Origin: Anaerolineales bacterium
GTDB taxonomy: Bacteria; Chloroflexota; Anaerolineae; Anaerolineales; UBA11858
Length of the DNA stretch: 64,000 bases
Reading direction: 5' to 3'
Assembly: GCA_045888315.1 (NCBI GenBank)
Contig: JBGCVQ010000051.1
Coordinates: forward strand, 13,038 to 77,037
Shown here piece after piece: positions 46,748 to 55,109 of the stretch (position 1 is the stretch's first letter; each line of letters opens with the position of its first letter). A program made the translations under genes and the position numbers. Under the pieces are notes generated by a model. It was not told where the DNA came from. It saw only the letters and a program-made list of their open reading frames with translations, and did not search any database.

Positions 46748-47815
46748 ATGAAGTCTTTATATATCACCTCTGTCGAAAAGTATTCCGGCAAAACTGCTCT
46801 TTGCTTGGCCCTCGGAAAGATCTACCAGGAACGCGGTCTCAAAGTTGGGTATTTGAAACCCTTCAGCCTCCATCCCTGGCGGATCGGGGACAAGATCGCT
46901 GACGAGGACGCTGCCTTCGTGATCGACATCCTCGGGATCAATGCCAAGCCCTGGGAGATGGCTCCAGTGGTGCTCACTTCCGAAATGCTCCGGGATTATC
47001 TGACCGCCAAGGAAGCCGTGGATTATATGCCCCAGGTGATCGAAGCTGCCAAATCACTGGAAGACAGGAAGGATTTCCTGCTGCTGGAAGGCGGGGGGAG
47101 CTTGCGGGAAGGTTATGTGATCGATCTGCCCACCCCCGATGTGGCCCGTGAATTGGGCAGCGCTATCATCGTGGTGGTCAAGTACACTGACGATATCACC
47201 CTGCTGGACGATGTGCTGGTTGCCAAGCTCAGGCTTCCCAATTCCCTGACCGGTGTTGTGATCAACCGGGTTCCTAAACATGCCCTGAGCTTTGTCAATA
47301 ATCTGGCAGTGCCATTCCTGGAGAAGAAAGGTGTCCCCGTGCTCGGCGTCCTGCCTGATGATGATGCCCTGGCTGCTCTGTCAGTCGGTGAGATCGTTGA
47401 TGTTCTCGATGCGGAAGTTCTGACGTCATGCTATGATCCGGAAGCGCTTGTGGAAGCGTTGATGGTTGGCGCTATGACGGAGGACTCGGCGCTGCGGCGG
47501 TTCAGGAAGCAGCCCAACAAGGCGGTCATCACCGGGGGCGACCGGACAGATATCCAGCTGGCGGCCATGGAGACGTCCACGACCTGTTTGATCCTGACCG
47601 GGAATCTCCACCCCAGCAACCTGATCATCAAACAAGCCGAAAATATGTGTGTGCCGATCCTGCTCGTTCCCAGCAATACCATGGAGACTATCGAGGCCCT
47701 GGATCGGGTCTTTGGCAAAACCCGATTGGGGCAAAAAGAAAAGCTCGATAAATTCATGAGCTTTGTGAAAGATAACTTGGACCTGAATCGCTTGGATAAA
47801 GCGCTGCAAGGATGA
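46748..47815 (+). CDS. Pta-N-terminal-like protein (BioD/CobQ-like P-loop domain + DRTGG domain, no PTA catalytic domain)
   Basis: LYITSVEKYSGKTALCLALG P-loop-like N-terminus. C-terminal AVITGGDRTDIQLAA (DRTGG signature). The ORF starts 4 nt after the ACD stop. Confidence 0.7.
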   Translation: MKSLYITSVEKYSGKTALCLALGKIYQERGLKVGYLKPFSLHPWRIGDKIADEDAAFVIDILGINAKPWEMAPVVLTSEMLRDYLTAKEAVDYMPQVIEAAKSLEDRKDFLLLEGGGSLREGYVIDLPTPDVARELGSAIIVVVKYTDDITLLDDVLVAKLRLPNSLTGVVINRVPKHALSFVNNLAVPFLEKKGVPVLGVLPDDDALAALSVGEIVDVLDAEVLTSCYDPEALVEALMVGAMTEDSALRRFRKQPNKAVITGGDRTDIQLAAMETSTTCLILTGNLHPSNLIIKQAENMCVPILLVPSNTMETIEALDRVFGKTRLGQKEKLDKFMSFVKDNLDLNRLDKALQG

Positions 47816-47819
47816 AACC

Positions 47820-47853
47820 AAAAAAACCTGGCTGAAACAGCCAGGTTTTTTTT
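47820..47853. terminator. Bidirectional rho-independent terminator
   Basis: AAAAAAA-CCTGGCTG-AAA-CAGCCAGG-TTTTTTTT between convergent genes. Confidence 0.9.
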
Positions 47854-47870
47854 ATTGAGGGGGAAAATAT

Positions 47871-49298
47871 TTATTGGGTGCTGAATACCACGTCAGCGGG
47901 CATTCCTGGTTTAAGGATGCTGTTAGCTTTGATAGATAGTTTCACCGCGTAGACCGTGTTCTGGCGCTCTTCCTGGGTTTGTACGTTGCGTGGTGTGTAC
48001 TCAGCCTGGTCTGAAATCCAGATGACTTCTGCGTCAAAGACCTTGTCTGGATAGGAATCGATGGTCAGGTCCGCCGGGTCGCCCAGGGCAACTTTCCCAT
48101 ATTTATCTTCCGGGATGTAGACGGTAACTGTGAGATTCTCCAGATCACCGACCGTTAGCATGGTGTATCCCGCTCCGACAACTTCTCCGATTTCGACAGT
48201 GCGGCTCAGGATCACGCCTGAGATCGGCGAAGTCAAGTTTTGCTTCTCAAGTTGGAGGGACACCAGGTCCAGGGCAGCTTGCGCCTGCTGGAGGGACGTT
48301 TCTGCGCTCGTGCGGAAGCTTGCAGCTTGGTCGACCTGGGCTTGTGCTTGGGTCAGACCGGCTTGGGCTTGTTCGACCACCGTGTTGGCTGCCTGAACTG
48401 CCAGCGAATTATCACCAACGTACTGCCCCAGCAGGTAATCTCTGGTCAAATCGTACTGCTCCCGGGCAACTGAGACCCGCGCCCGGCTTTCCAGGATCTC
48501 ATCATAATCCGGGTTGGTCAGGAGCAGATCATAGGCTTTCTGGGCTGCCTTCAATTCCGCGTCAGCCTCATCGTAGATGGTATCGACCTGGTCCTGGATT
48601 TCCTGTCGTCCTGTAGACCCCAGTGGGCGATCCCTGAGATTATCGGCGATCTCGAAAGCTGCCTTGGCTTCCGCCAGGCGCGTTTCGGCTTGCAGAAAGT
48701 CGTCCCCCCCGACATCTGCTGCAGTGTCCTGGTAATTTTCCAGCTCAGCTTGATAGGCGTCCCAGGCTTGATCTACCAACCTCTGGGCGGTATCGATGTT
48801 CTCTGGTTGCTGGAAGTACCAGGCGGGCAGATCGAATTGACTGGGGGTGATTTCGTTCCAATCAGCAACCCTGTCGTCGCCTTCCAGCTGGCTTACTTGG
48901 AGGAGGGTAGACTGGTAAGCGATGCGGGCAGCTTCAAGCTCCAGTTCAGCTGATCGCAGGGCTGCTTGTGCGGCAACCTGGGCAGCCTTGGCGCTGTCAA
49001 CCTGGGCAGCAGCGGCATCATGCGCCGCCTGCGCTTGGGTTTGTTGGGCGAGGAGCATGTCATCGTCCAGGCTGAGCACCACATCCCCGGCGTTGACCCG
49101 GTCTCCTTCTTTCACATAGATCCGGGATACTTTGCCTGACAGCTCGGGCGCGATATTCACCTCCTCCGCCTCGATCACACCGGAGGCTTCGATGGCGTCA
49201 GTCTTGTTTGAGCTGCTGCCGATCGAAGTACTGCAGCCTGCGAGAGCGCCAAGGATGAGGATGCCGAGGACAGCAGTAATGGCGTATCTATTTTTCAT
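47871..49298 (-). CDS. HlyD-family periplasmic adaptor (lipoprotein-like signal)
   Basis: MKNRYAITAVLGILILGALAGC signal, a long Ala/Gln coiled coil and a C-terminal beta-barrel region. The ATG at 49298 has a GGAGGA Shine-Dalgarno. The ORF is open to 49367. Confidence 0.8.
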   Translation of the reverse strand: MKNRYAITAVLGILILGALAGCSTSIGSSSNKTDAIEASGVIEAEEVNIAPELSGKVSRIYVKEGDRVNAGDVVLSLDDDMLLAQQTQAQAAHDAAAAQVDSAKAAQVAAQAALRSAELELEAARIAYQSTLLQVSQLEGDDRVADWNEITPSQFDLPAWYFQQPENIDTAQRLVDQAWDAYQAELENYQDTAADVGGDDFLQAETRLAEAKAAFEIADNLRDRPLGSTGRQEIQDQVDTIYDEADAELKAAQKAYDLLLTNPDYDEILESRARVSVAREQYDLTRDYLLGQYVGDNSLAVQAANTVVEQAQAGLTQAQAQVDQAASFRTSAETSLQQAQAALDLVSLQLEKQNLTSPISGVILSRTVEIGEVVGAGYTMLTVGDLENLTVTVYIPEDKYGKVALGDPADLTIDSYPDKVFDAEVIWISDQAEYTPRNVQTQEERQNTVYAVKLSIKANSILKPGMPADVVFSTQ

Positions 49299-50256
49299 GG
49301 TTTCCTCCAATTTTGCGGCCTTGCATGCACGCAATGAATACATCTTCCAAAGATGGTTCGATTTCAACTACTCTGTTCAATTTGATGTTTAATTTCTTGG
49401 CGCCAGCACGCAGCTTTTTATCAAACTGCTTGGGCTCTCTAGTGACTACATGGATCAATGACCCATATAATTCAGCCTCCAGGACAGGCAGGGAACCTTC
49501 GTCCCTCAAGCTGTAGATGCCTTTGACCAATTCCTCGGGGTTAGGGGATTCGATTTCCAGGACTGTCCCCGGCATATCATTCTCCTTAATGCTCTCGGGT
49601 GTGCCCTGGGCGATGATCTTGCCGTGTTGGATGAACGCCAGGCGGTGGCAGTGCTCCGCTTCGTCCATGTAATGGGTGGTGATGAAGACTGTGATTCCCT
49701 GGCCGACAAGTTCGTATAACAGATCCCAGAATGCACGTCTCGAGACGGGGTCTACGCCGGCTGTAGGCTCGTCCAGGAAGAGGACTTCAGGTCGATGGAG
49801 GATGGCAGCGCTGAGTGCCAGCCGCTGGCGCCAGCCGCCTGAGAGGTCGCTGGTGGTGGTCTTTTCATATCCATCCAGTCCTGACATATGGATGGCATCT
49901 GTGATAGCCTTCTCCATGCCGTTGGCTGCCAGGCCGTATGCCTGGCCGTAAAATTCCAGGTTTTGATGTACTGTGAGATCGTTGTAAAGCGAGAATTGCT
50001 GTGACATGTACCCGATCCGCGGTAGGATTTCCTGAATCTGCTTTGGTATAGCAGCTCCCAATACCTCCACAGATCCCTGGCTGGGAGGGAGCAGGCCAAG
50101 CATCATGCGGATCGTGGTTGTCTTACCCGATCCATTCGGACCTAAGAAACCGAAGATTTCGCCCTGCTTCACGGAAAAACTGACACCGTCGACCGCGGTA
50201 AAATCCCCGAAATTTTTCTCCAGATTCTTAGTGACAATAGTATTTTCTGCGTTCAT
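49288..50256 (-). CDS. ABC transporter ATP-binding protein
   Basis: Walker A GPNGSGKTT, signature LSGGWRQRL, Walker B VLFLDEP. Confidence 0.9.
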   Translation of the reverse strand: MNAENTIVTKNLEKNFGDFTAVDGVSFSVKQGEIFGFLGPNGSGKTTTIRMMLGLLPPSQGSVEVLGAAIPKQIQEILPRIGYMSQQFSLYNDLTVHQNLEFYGQAYGLAANGMEKAITDAIHMSGLDGYEKTTTSDLSGGWRQRLALSAAILHRPEVLFLDEPTAGVDPVSRRAFWDLLYELVGQGITVFITTHYMDEAEHCHRLAFIQHGKIIAQGTPESIKENDMPGTVLEIESPNPEELVKGIYSLRDEGSLPVLEAELYGSLIHVVTREPKQFDKKLRAGAKKLNIKLNRVVEIEPSLEDVFIACMQGRKIGGNHEK

Positions 50257-50262
50257 GGTCGA

Positions 50263-51387
50263 TCAGTCCAGGTTCCTGCGAATATACATGAGAGAGAAGG
50301 CGCCGATCACGCTTCCCAGTGCCAGCAGCCACAGGATATTGGGAAGCATATCCATAATGCCGGTCCCTTTCAGCAGCAAGCCCCGTAAGATGTCCAGCCA
50401 GTGGTGGGCGGGAATCAGCTTGGCCAGGATCTGCATGATCCGGGGCATGGATTCCACAGGTGCGGCATACCCTGTGAACATGAAATCGATCATCCCGATC
50501 GTGAACACGAGCAGGAAGGCTTGATGTTGGCTCTTTGAAAAAACGGAGATGGCCATTCCTTTTGCCAGTTCAACCAGCGTATAAATGAATGCCAGCAAAT
50601 ACAACAGGATCAGCGATCCCCGGATTGGGACATGGAATCCAAAATGGACCACACTCAGCATCAATGTAAAGTCACTTAACCCTACCAAGATAACCGGGAT
50701 GGATTTCCCGATGATGATCTCCGCTGATGAAAAAGGCATCACCAGCAATTGTTCCAGGGTCCCAAATTCCCTTTCCCTCGAGAATGTCAGGGCGGCAAAT
50801 AACAGGATAGTGAATTCCAGCATCAATCCCAGTTCAGCCGGAGTGGTGAAAAAAGCCTCGTTCAGGGCTTCGTTGAACCAGACCCGGAGGCTGAAATCGA
50901 ATCCTGCCAGCTGGTCTGGCTGTAAGCCGATCCGCTCCAGGGTGATCTTCTCTCCCAGTCCCCGGATGACCCCCTCAATAGCACGCTGGGCTTCTCTGGC
51001 TGGGATGCTTTCAGCCCCATTCAGGATCACCTGAAGTACTGGAGAGCCGGTTGGTGAGTTCAGCTGATCCGAATAGCCCCGGGGTATGACAACCGCCGCA
51101 TTGATATTTCCCCGGTCCATTTGCTCCTCGATCTCCTGCATCGACCCCGCCGGATTGTCCAGCGCAAATACATCTGTGTTCTCCAGGGCGACTACCAGGT
51201 TCCTGCTGGCAGCTGTCTTGTCCATATCCCATACCATCAAAGGGAGATTGCTGATCGGTCGCGAGGTAGCCCAGCCGATCAGCAAAAGTTCCAGTGCGCC
51301 ACCAAAGAGCATGAATGCCGGCATCCACCAGTCATTCTTGAGGTGGAGGAATTCTTTTTTCACGAGAGCAAGGATTCTTCTGATCAT
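50263..51387 (-). CDS. ABC-2 type transporter permease
   Basis: N-terminal TM, a large extracytoplasmic loop, then 5 TM helices (YbhS/YbhR-like architecture). Confidence 0.8.
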   Translation of the reverse strand: MIRRILALVKKEFLHLKNDWWMPAFMLFGGALELLLIGWATSRPISNLPLMVWDMDKTAASRNLVVALENTDVFALDNPAGSMQEIEEQMDRGNINAAVVIPRGYSDQLNSPTGSPVLQVILNGAESIPAREAQRAIEGVIRGLGEKITLERIGLQPDQLAGFDFSLRVWFNEALNEAFFTTPAELGLMLEFTILLFAALTFSREREFGTLEQLLVMPFSSAEIIIGKSIPVILVGLSDFTLMLSVVHFGFHVPIRGSLILLYLLAFIYTLVELAKGMAISVFSKSQHQAFLLVFTIGMIDFMFTGYAAPVESMPRIMQILAKLIPAHHWLDILRGLLLKGTGIMDMLPNILWLLALGSVIGAFSLMYIRRNLD

Positions 51388-51399
51388 TTAAGTGGGGCC

Positions 51400-52533
51400 T
51401 CAAGCCAATCTCTTCTTGAAGAACAAGGACGCAATACCGGTGAAGATCACACCCAAAAACGCCAGCATGACCGCGTATGGCCAAAGGATATCCAGACCTA
51501 TGCCTGTTAAGAACACTCCCCTGGTGATGACGGCGTAATGGGTTCCCGGCAGGAAAAGGGATTCCATGCGCATCATGTCTGGTAAAGAGGCAATCGGGAA
51601 GAAGATCCCCGTCAAGAAGAAACCTGGGAACATCACCACCAGGAAGGACAGGGCCAGGGCTGCCGACTGGGAACGCATGAAGACACCGATCACCATCCCC
51701 ATGCTCAGTTCAGCGAACAGGAAGATGACTGATAGGAACAGGAATACCAGGTAGTTGCCGTGGAACGGTACCTTGAACCAGGCCAGGGCTAAGAGAGGAA
51801 TGAAGATGACGTTCAAAAGGCCAGCCAGAATATAAGGGATCATCTTTCCCAGCAGCAGTTCGATGCGTTTGATAGGTGTTGCTAAGAGCTGTTCCATTGT
51901 GCGGTGTTCGTGTTCTCTTGCCAGTGTCAGAGCTACAGAGAACGCGGGAAACCCAAGCACGATGGACAGCAGGCCCGGCAGGAGGTCGACCTGGGGTTTT
52001 AAGCTGGGGTTGTACCAGGCCCTGATGCGCAGATCGATGGGCTGGAGGGATTCCAGGGGGATCCCGGCTGCCTGAAGCTGTCCGGCCAAGACGTCGTTCG
52101 CAAAGGATTCCGCTCTCCAGCCAATGTGATCCACAGCGAATCCGCCGGTCTCGGGTTCAGTGCCGTCGATGATCACCTGCAGGTTGAATCCCTGGAGGGA
52201 GAGCAGGTCCTCGCTGAACTCGGGATCGATGATCACTGCAGCCTTGATCTGTCCCCTGGTCAGCAGCTCCTCAACCTCATCCATAGAACTGACGGATGCA
52301 TACAGGTCCAGGTCATTTCCCGCTGTGATCTGTTGGACGAACTTACGCGATAACGCACTCTGGTCGTAGTCCAACAGCGCTATCGGTACATGCTCGATAT
52401 CCACTGCCAGGGCGTAGGTCATCAGCAGCAAGACAAGGGTGGGGGTGATGAGAACCAGGATGAATGTGCCCCGGTCCCGGAGGATGTGCTGGATCTCTTT
52501 TCGAACAACCGCCCACAAGCGACGTGTTGACAT
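51400..52533 (-). CDS. ABC-2 type transporter permease
   Basis: Same architecture as the neighbouring permease, of which it is a paralogue. Confidence 0.8.
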   Translation of the reverse strand: MSTRRLWAVVRKEIQHILRDRGTFILVLITPTLVLLLMTYALAVDIEHVPIALLDYDQSALSRKFVQQITAGNDLDLYASVSSMDEVEELLTRGQIKAAVIIDPEFSEDLLSLQGFNLQVIIDGTEPETGGFAVDHIGWRAESFANDVLAGQLQAAGIPLESLQPIDLRIRAWYNPSLKPQVDLLPGLLSIVLGFPAFSVALTLAREHEHRTMEQLLATPIKRIELLLGKMIPYILAGLLNVIFIPLLALAWFKVPFHGNYLVFLFLSVIFLFAELSMGMVIGVFMRSQSAALALSFLVVMFPGFFLTGIFFPIASLPDMMRMESLFLPGTHYAVITRGVFLTGIGLDILWPYAVMLAFLGVIFTGIASLFFKKRLA

Positions 52534-52534
52534 A

Positions 52535-53473
52535 TTAATCTTCCCCCTCCATCTTGCGGATCAATGAGATGAAGGCTTCCTCCATCCTGGGTGTGATCTC
52601 CCTGATCTCCTTGATCTCTATCTGGTTTTTGGCAAGAGCCTTCTTGATGCTGGGAGCTCTCTTTTCGGCGGAGTCGACCAGCACATGCAGCGCTTCGCCA
52701 TAGCTCTGGACCTCATGGACCCCGGGAAGCTCCTGTAGGATCCGGCGAGCCTCCTGCCATTGGTTTGTGATGACTTTCAGCACTTCCGACCCCAGTTTGT
52801 TCCTGATCTGGGCAGGAGGAGCACATTCGACGATCGATCCCTGGTAGATCAGCGCTACCCGTGAGCAGCGGTCAGCCTCGTCCATGTAGGGGGTGCTGAC
52901 TATGATGGTCGTGCCCTGGATGTGGAGATCATTGAGGATGTTCCAGAATTCACGCCTTGACACTGGATCGACACCGGTGGTGGGCTCATCCAGCAGCAGG
53001 ATAGGGGGTTGGTGGAGCAGGGTACAAGCCAGGGCCAGTTTCTTCTTCATCCCGCCAGATAACTTGGCTGCCCGACGGTCCTGGAAGTCTGTCAGCTGGG
53101 CAAATGACAGCAAGCTGGGAATGCGCTGTTTCTGGATCTCGTTGGGAACGCTATAAAGGTCACCAAAAAAGCGCATATTTTCCAGGACGGACAATTTCCC
53201 ATAAAGGCTGAATTCCTGGGCCATATAGCCGATATAAGGCTTGATGGATTCAGGGTTCTTATCAAGTTGGAATCCAGCCGCGATCACCTGGCCGGAAGTG
53301 ATCCCCAGCAAGCCAGCCAACGTACGCAGCAGCGTCGTTTTTCCAGCGCCATCCGGGCCGACCAGACCAAATAGCTCTCCCTGCTGGATGCTGAGATCAA
53401 TCTCGTCCAGAGCGATCTTATCTTTGAACTTTCGGGTCAACCCATCGATCTTGATGTATGCTTGCTCTGTCAT
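52535..53473 (-). CDS. ABC transporter ATP-binding protein
   Basis: Walker A GPDGAGKTT, signature LSGGMKKKL, Walker B ILLLDEP. Confidence 0.9.
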   Translation of the reverse strand: MTEQAYIKIDGLTRKFKDKIALDEIDLSIQQGELFGLVGPDGAGKTTLLRTLAGLLGITSGQVIAAGFQLDKNPESIKPYIGYMAQEFSLYGKLSVLENMRFFGDLYSVPNEIQKQRIPSLLSFAQLTDFQDRRAAKLSGGMKKKLALACTLLHQPPILLLDEPTTGVDPVSRREFWNILNDLHIQGTTIIVSTPYMDEADRCSRVALIYQGSIVECAPPAQIRNKLGSEVLKVITNQWQEARRILQELPGVHEVQSYGEALHVLVDSAEKRAPSIKKALAKNQIEIKEIREITPRMEEAFISLIRKMEGED

Positions 53474-53580
53474 CTTGCCTTAAGGGTGTATATGATCAAT
53501 GAATCAGCTGAGAGCTGATCAGAAGTCATCGAAAAATGCGTCTCTCCAATGAGGACCATCTCAAGTGCTCAGCCCCTGGA

Positions 53581-53850
53581 TTATTCTTTGGCTTTGCGGA
53601 TGATCCAGAGCACGATCAGCGCAGATGCAGCCGGTTCAAGAGCCACACCCAGCCATTTGATCGAGTCGCCGAATCCCATGGCCGGGATCACAAACCAGTC
53701 CAGTAAGCCGACCGCGACGGTAGAGATCACGGCTGCGATATAATCCCCACTGACCCCGATGGGACGGTTGTCCTTCCAGATCATGCCCGCTAGAAAACCC
53801 ATCAACAAACCGACCAGGACCATGACAACGACAAGTATTACTATCTGCAT
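53581..53850 (-). CDS. GlsB/YeaQ/YmgE-family small membrane protein
   Basis: 89 aa, three hydrophobic helices, Gly-rich, with the typical family size and pattern. Confidence 0.55.
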   Translation of the reverse strand: MQIVILVVVMVLVGLLMGFLAGMIWKDNRPIGVSGDYIAAVISTVAVGLLDWFVIPAMGFGDSIKWLGVALEPAASALIVLWIIRKAKE

Positions 53851-53911
53851 ATTTGCCTCCTCTGAACAATAGCTTGGAAATCACCTGGCTTCTGGTATTT
53901 ACCCATTTGTG

Positions 53912-54403
53912 TTAACTCAAGTCCTCCGACATTGGAGAATCAACGGAGAACTGGATCACCGGGATCTCTCTTCCGAAATCCTGGATGCCTTGAGGGGTCA
54001 ATTCGATCTCATATCCTAATAACGAACTCAAGGCTTTGAGATTGCCTGGATGCTCCTCGGAGTAGGTCAGCATCAGTTTGGCTGCCTGCTCGGGGGGCAG
54101 CTGCTGGGCTGTTGCCCGGAAGCGTTTCCTGCCCACTTGAATGGTCACCTGGGGATTATGCAGGACATTCTGGTACCAGTGGGATCCGGGACCGAATCCG
54201 GAGACAACGTAATAGCGTCCGCTCTCTGGCGAGGATGAGACTACCTCCAGGACTGCCCGGCGGAGTTTTCCTGATTTTCGTCCGATATGTTCCAGCAGCA
54301 GAAAGCCCTTGCCCATCATCCATCCCAGACCAAGGCGGTAGATCAAGATGGGCAGCCTCCAGGGCAGGGCTTTGATTCCACGGGGCGGTTGGGGAAAATT
54401 CAT
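53912..54403 (-). CDS. Deazaflavin-dependent nitroreductase-family (DUF385/DDN-like) oxidoreductase
   Basis: LLLEHIGRKSGKLRRAVLEVV..YYVVSGFGPGSHWYQN pattern typical of the split beta-barrel DDN family. Confidence 0.6.
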   Translation of the reverse strand: MNFPQPPRGIKALPWRLPILIYRLGLGWMMGKGFLLLEHIGRKSGKLRRAVLEVVSSSPESGRYYVVSGFGPGSHWYQNVLHNPQVTIQVGRKRFRATAQQLPPEQAAKLMLTYSEEHPGNLKALSSLLGYEIELTPQGIQDFGREIPVIQFSVDSPMSEDLS

Positions 54404-54420
54404 ATCTATCCTTTTCTGAA

Positions 54421-55017
54421 TCAGGCTCGCAACCCATCCAGCAGCAAGCGGGTGTTGCTTTTGATATGCTGGATGATGTCAATGCTTTCAGGGTCGTACA
54501 GCCAGAGCATGACCGTGCCTTCAATGATCGATCCGATGGTGATGGCAGCGTCCAGAGGGCTGTCTGTTTTAAATTCGCTGGACTCAATTCCCTGGCGGAT
54601 CAGGGTTTCCAGGAGGGAGAGATTTCTCCGGTAGTAGCGAGTGATAGATTCCTTGATGGCTGGCTGGCGGAACGCCAGGGCGAAGAAATCATAGATCAGG
54701 GGCATCCATTTCAACATGTCGATGATATCCTGGCCGCCCCGTTCTGCGTAGAGCATCAATCTCTCCTCCGCCGAACGGGGATCATCGAGCAAGGCTTCCA
54801 ATTCTTGGATCTCCGGTTCAAACACCTTATCGAGCAGAGAGAGAATGATGGCGTCTTTGCTGTCAAAATACCAGTAGAGAGCCCCTTTACTCAACCCGGA
54901 GGATTCCGCAATATCTGACATGCGGGTCTTATGAATGCCGTGTTTGGAAAACACCAGTTTGGCTGCTTCCAGGATCTGGTGCCTTCGCTCTTCGGACACA
55001 TCGGACTTGGGTGCCAT
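54421..55017 (-). CDS. TetR/AcrR-family transcriptional regulator
   Basis: N-terminal HTH ILEAAKLVFSKHGIHKTRMSDIAESSGLSKGALYWYF. Confidence 0.9.
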   Translation of the reverse strand: MAPKSDVSEERRHQILEAAKLVFSKHGIHKTRMSDIAESSGLSKGALYWYFDSKDAIILSLLDKVFEPEIQELEALLDDPRSAEERLMLYAERGGQDIIDMLKWMPLIYDFFALAFRQPAIKESITRYYRRNLSLLETLIRQGIESSEFKTDSPLDAAITIGSIIEGTVMLWLYDPESIDIIQHIKSNTRLLLDGLRA

Positions 55018-55037
55018 CTTACCTCGGAAAATAACAT

Positions 55038-55051
55038 ACTGACCAGTCAGT
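55038..55051. promoter_or_regulatory. Candidate TetR operator (ACTGAC-CA-GTCAGT)
   Basis: Perfect 6-bp-arm palindrome 21 nt upstream of the tetR ATG. It is nested in a larger ATAAC...GTTAT inverted repeat (55031-55058) and flanked by a TATACT-like -10 on the minus strand. Confidence 0.55.
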
Positions 55052-55109
55052 CAGTTATAGTATACAAAGGTTCGCCCTGCCTGTCAAGCAGGCTGGGCGG
55101 CAAGAATAC

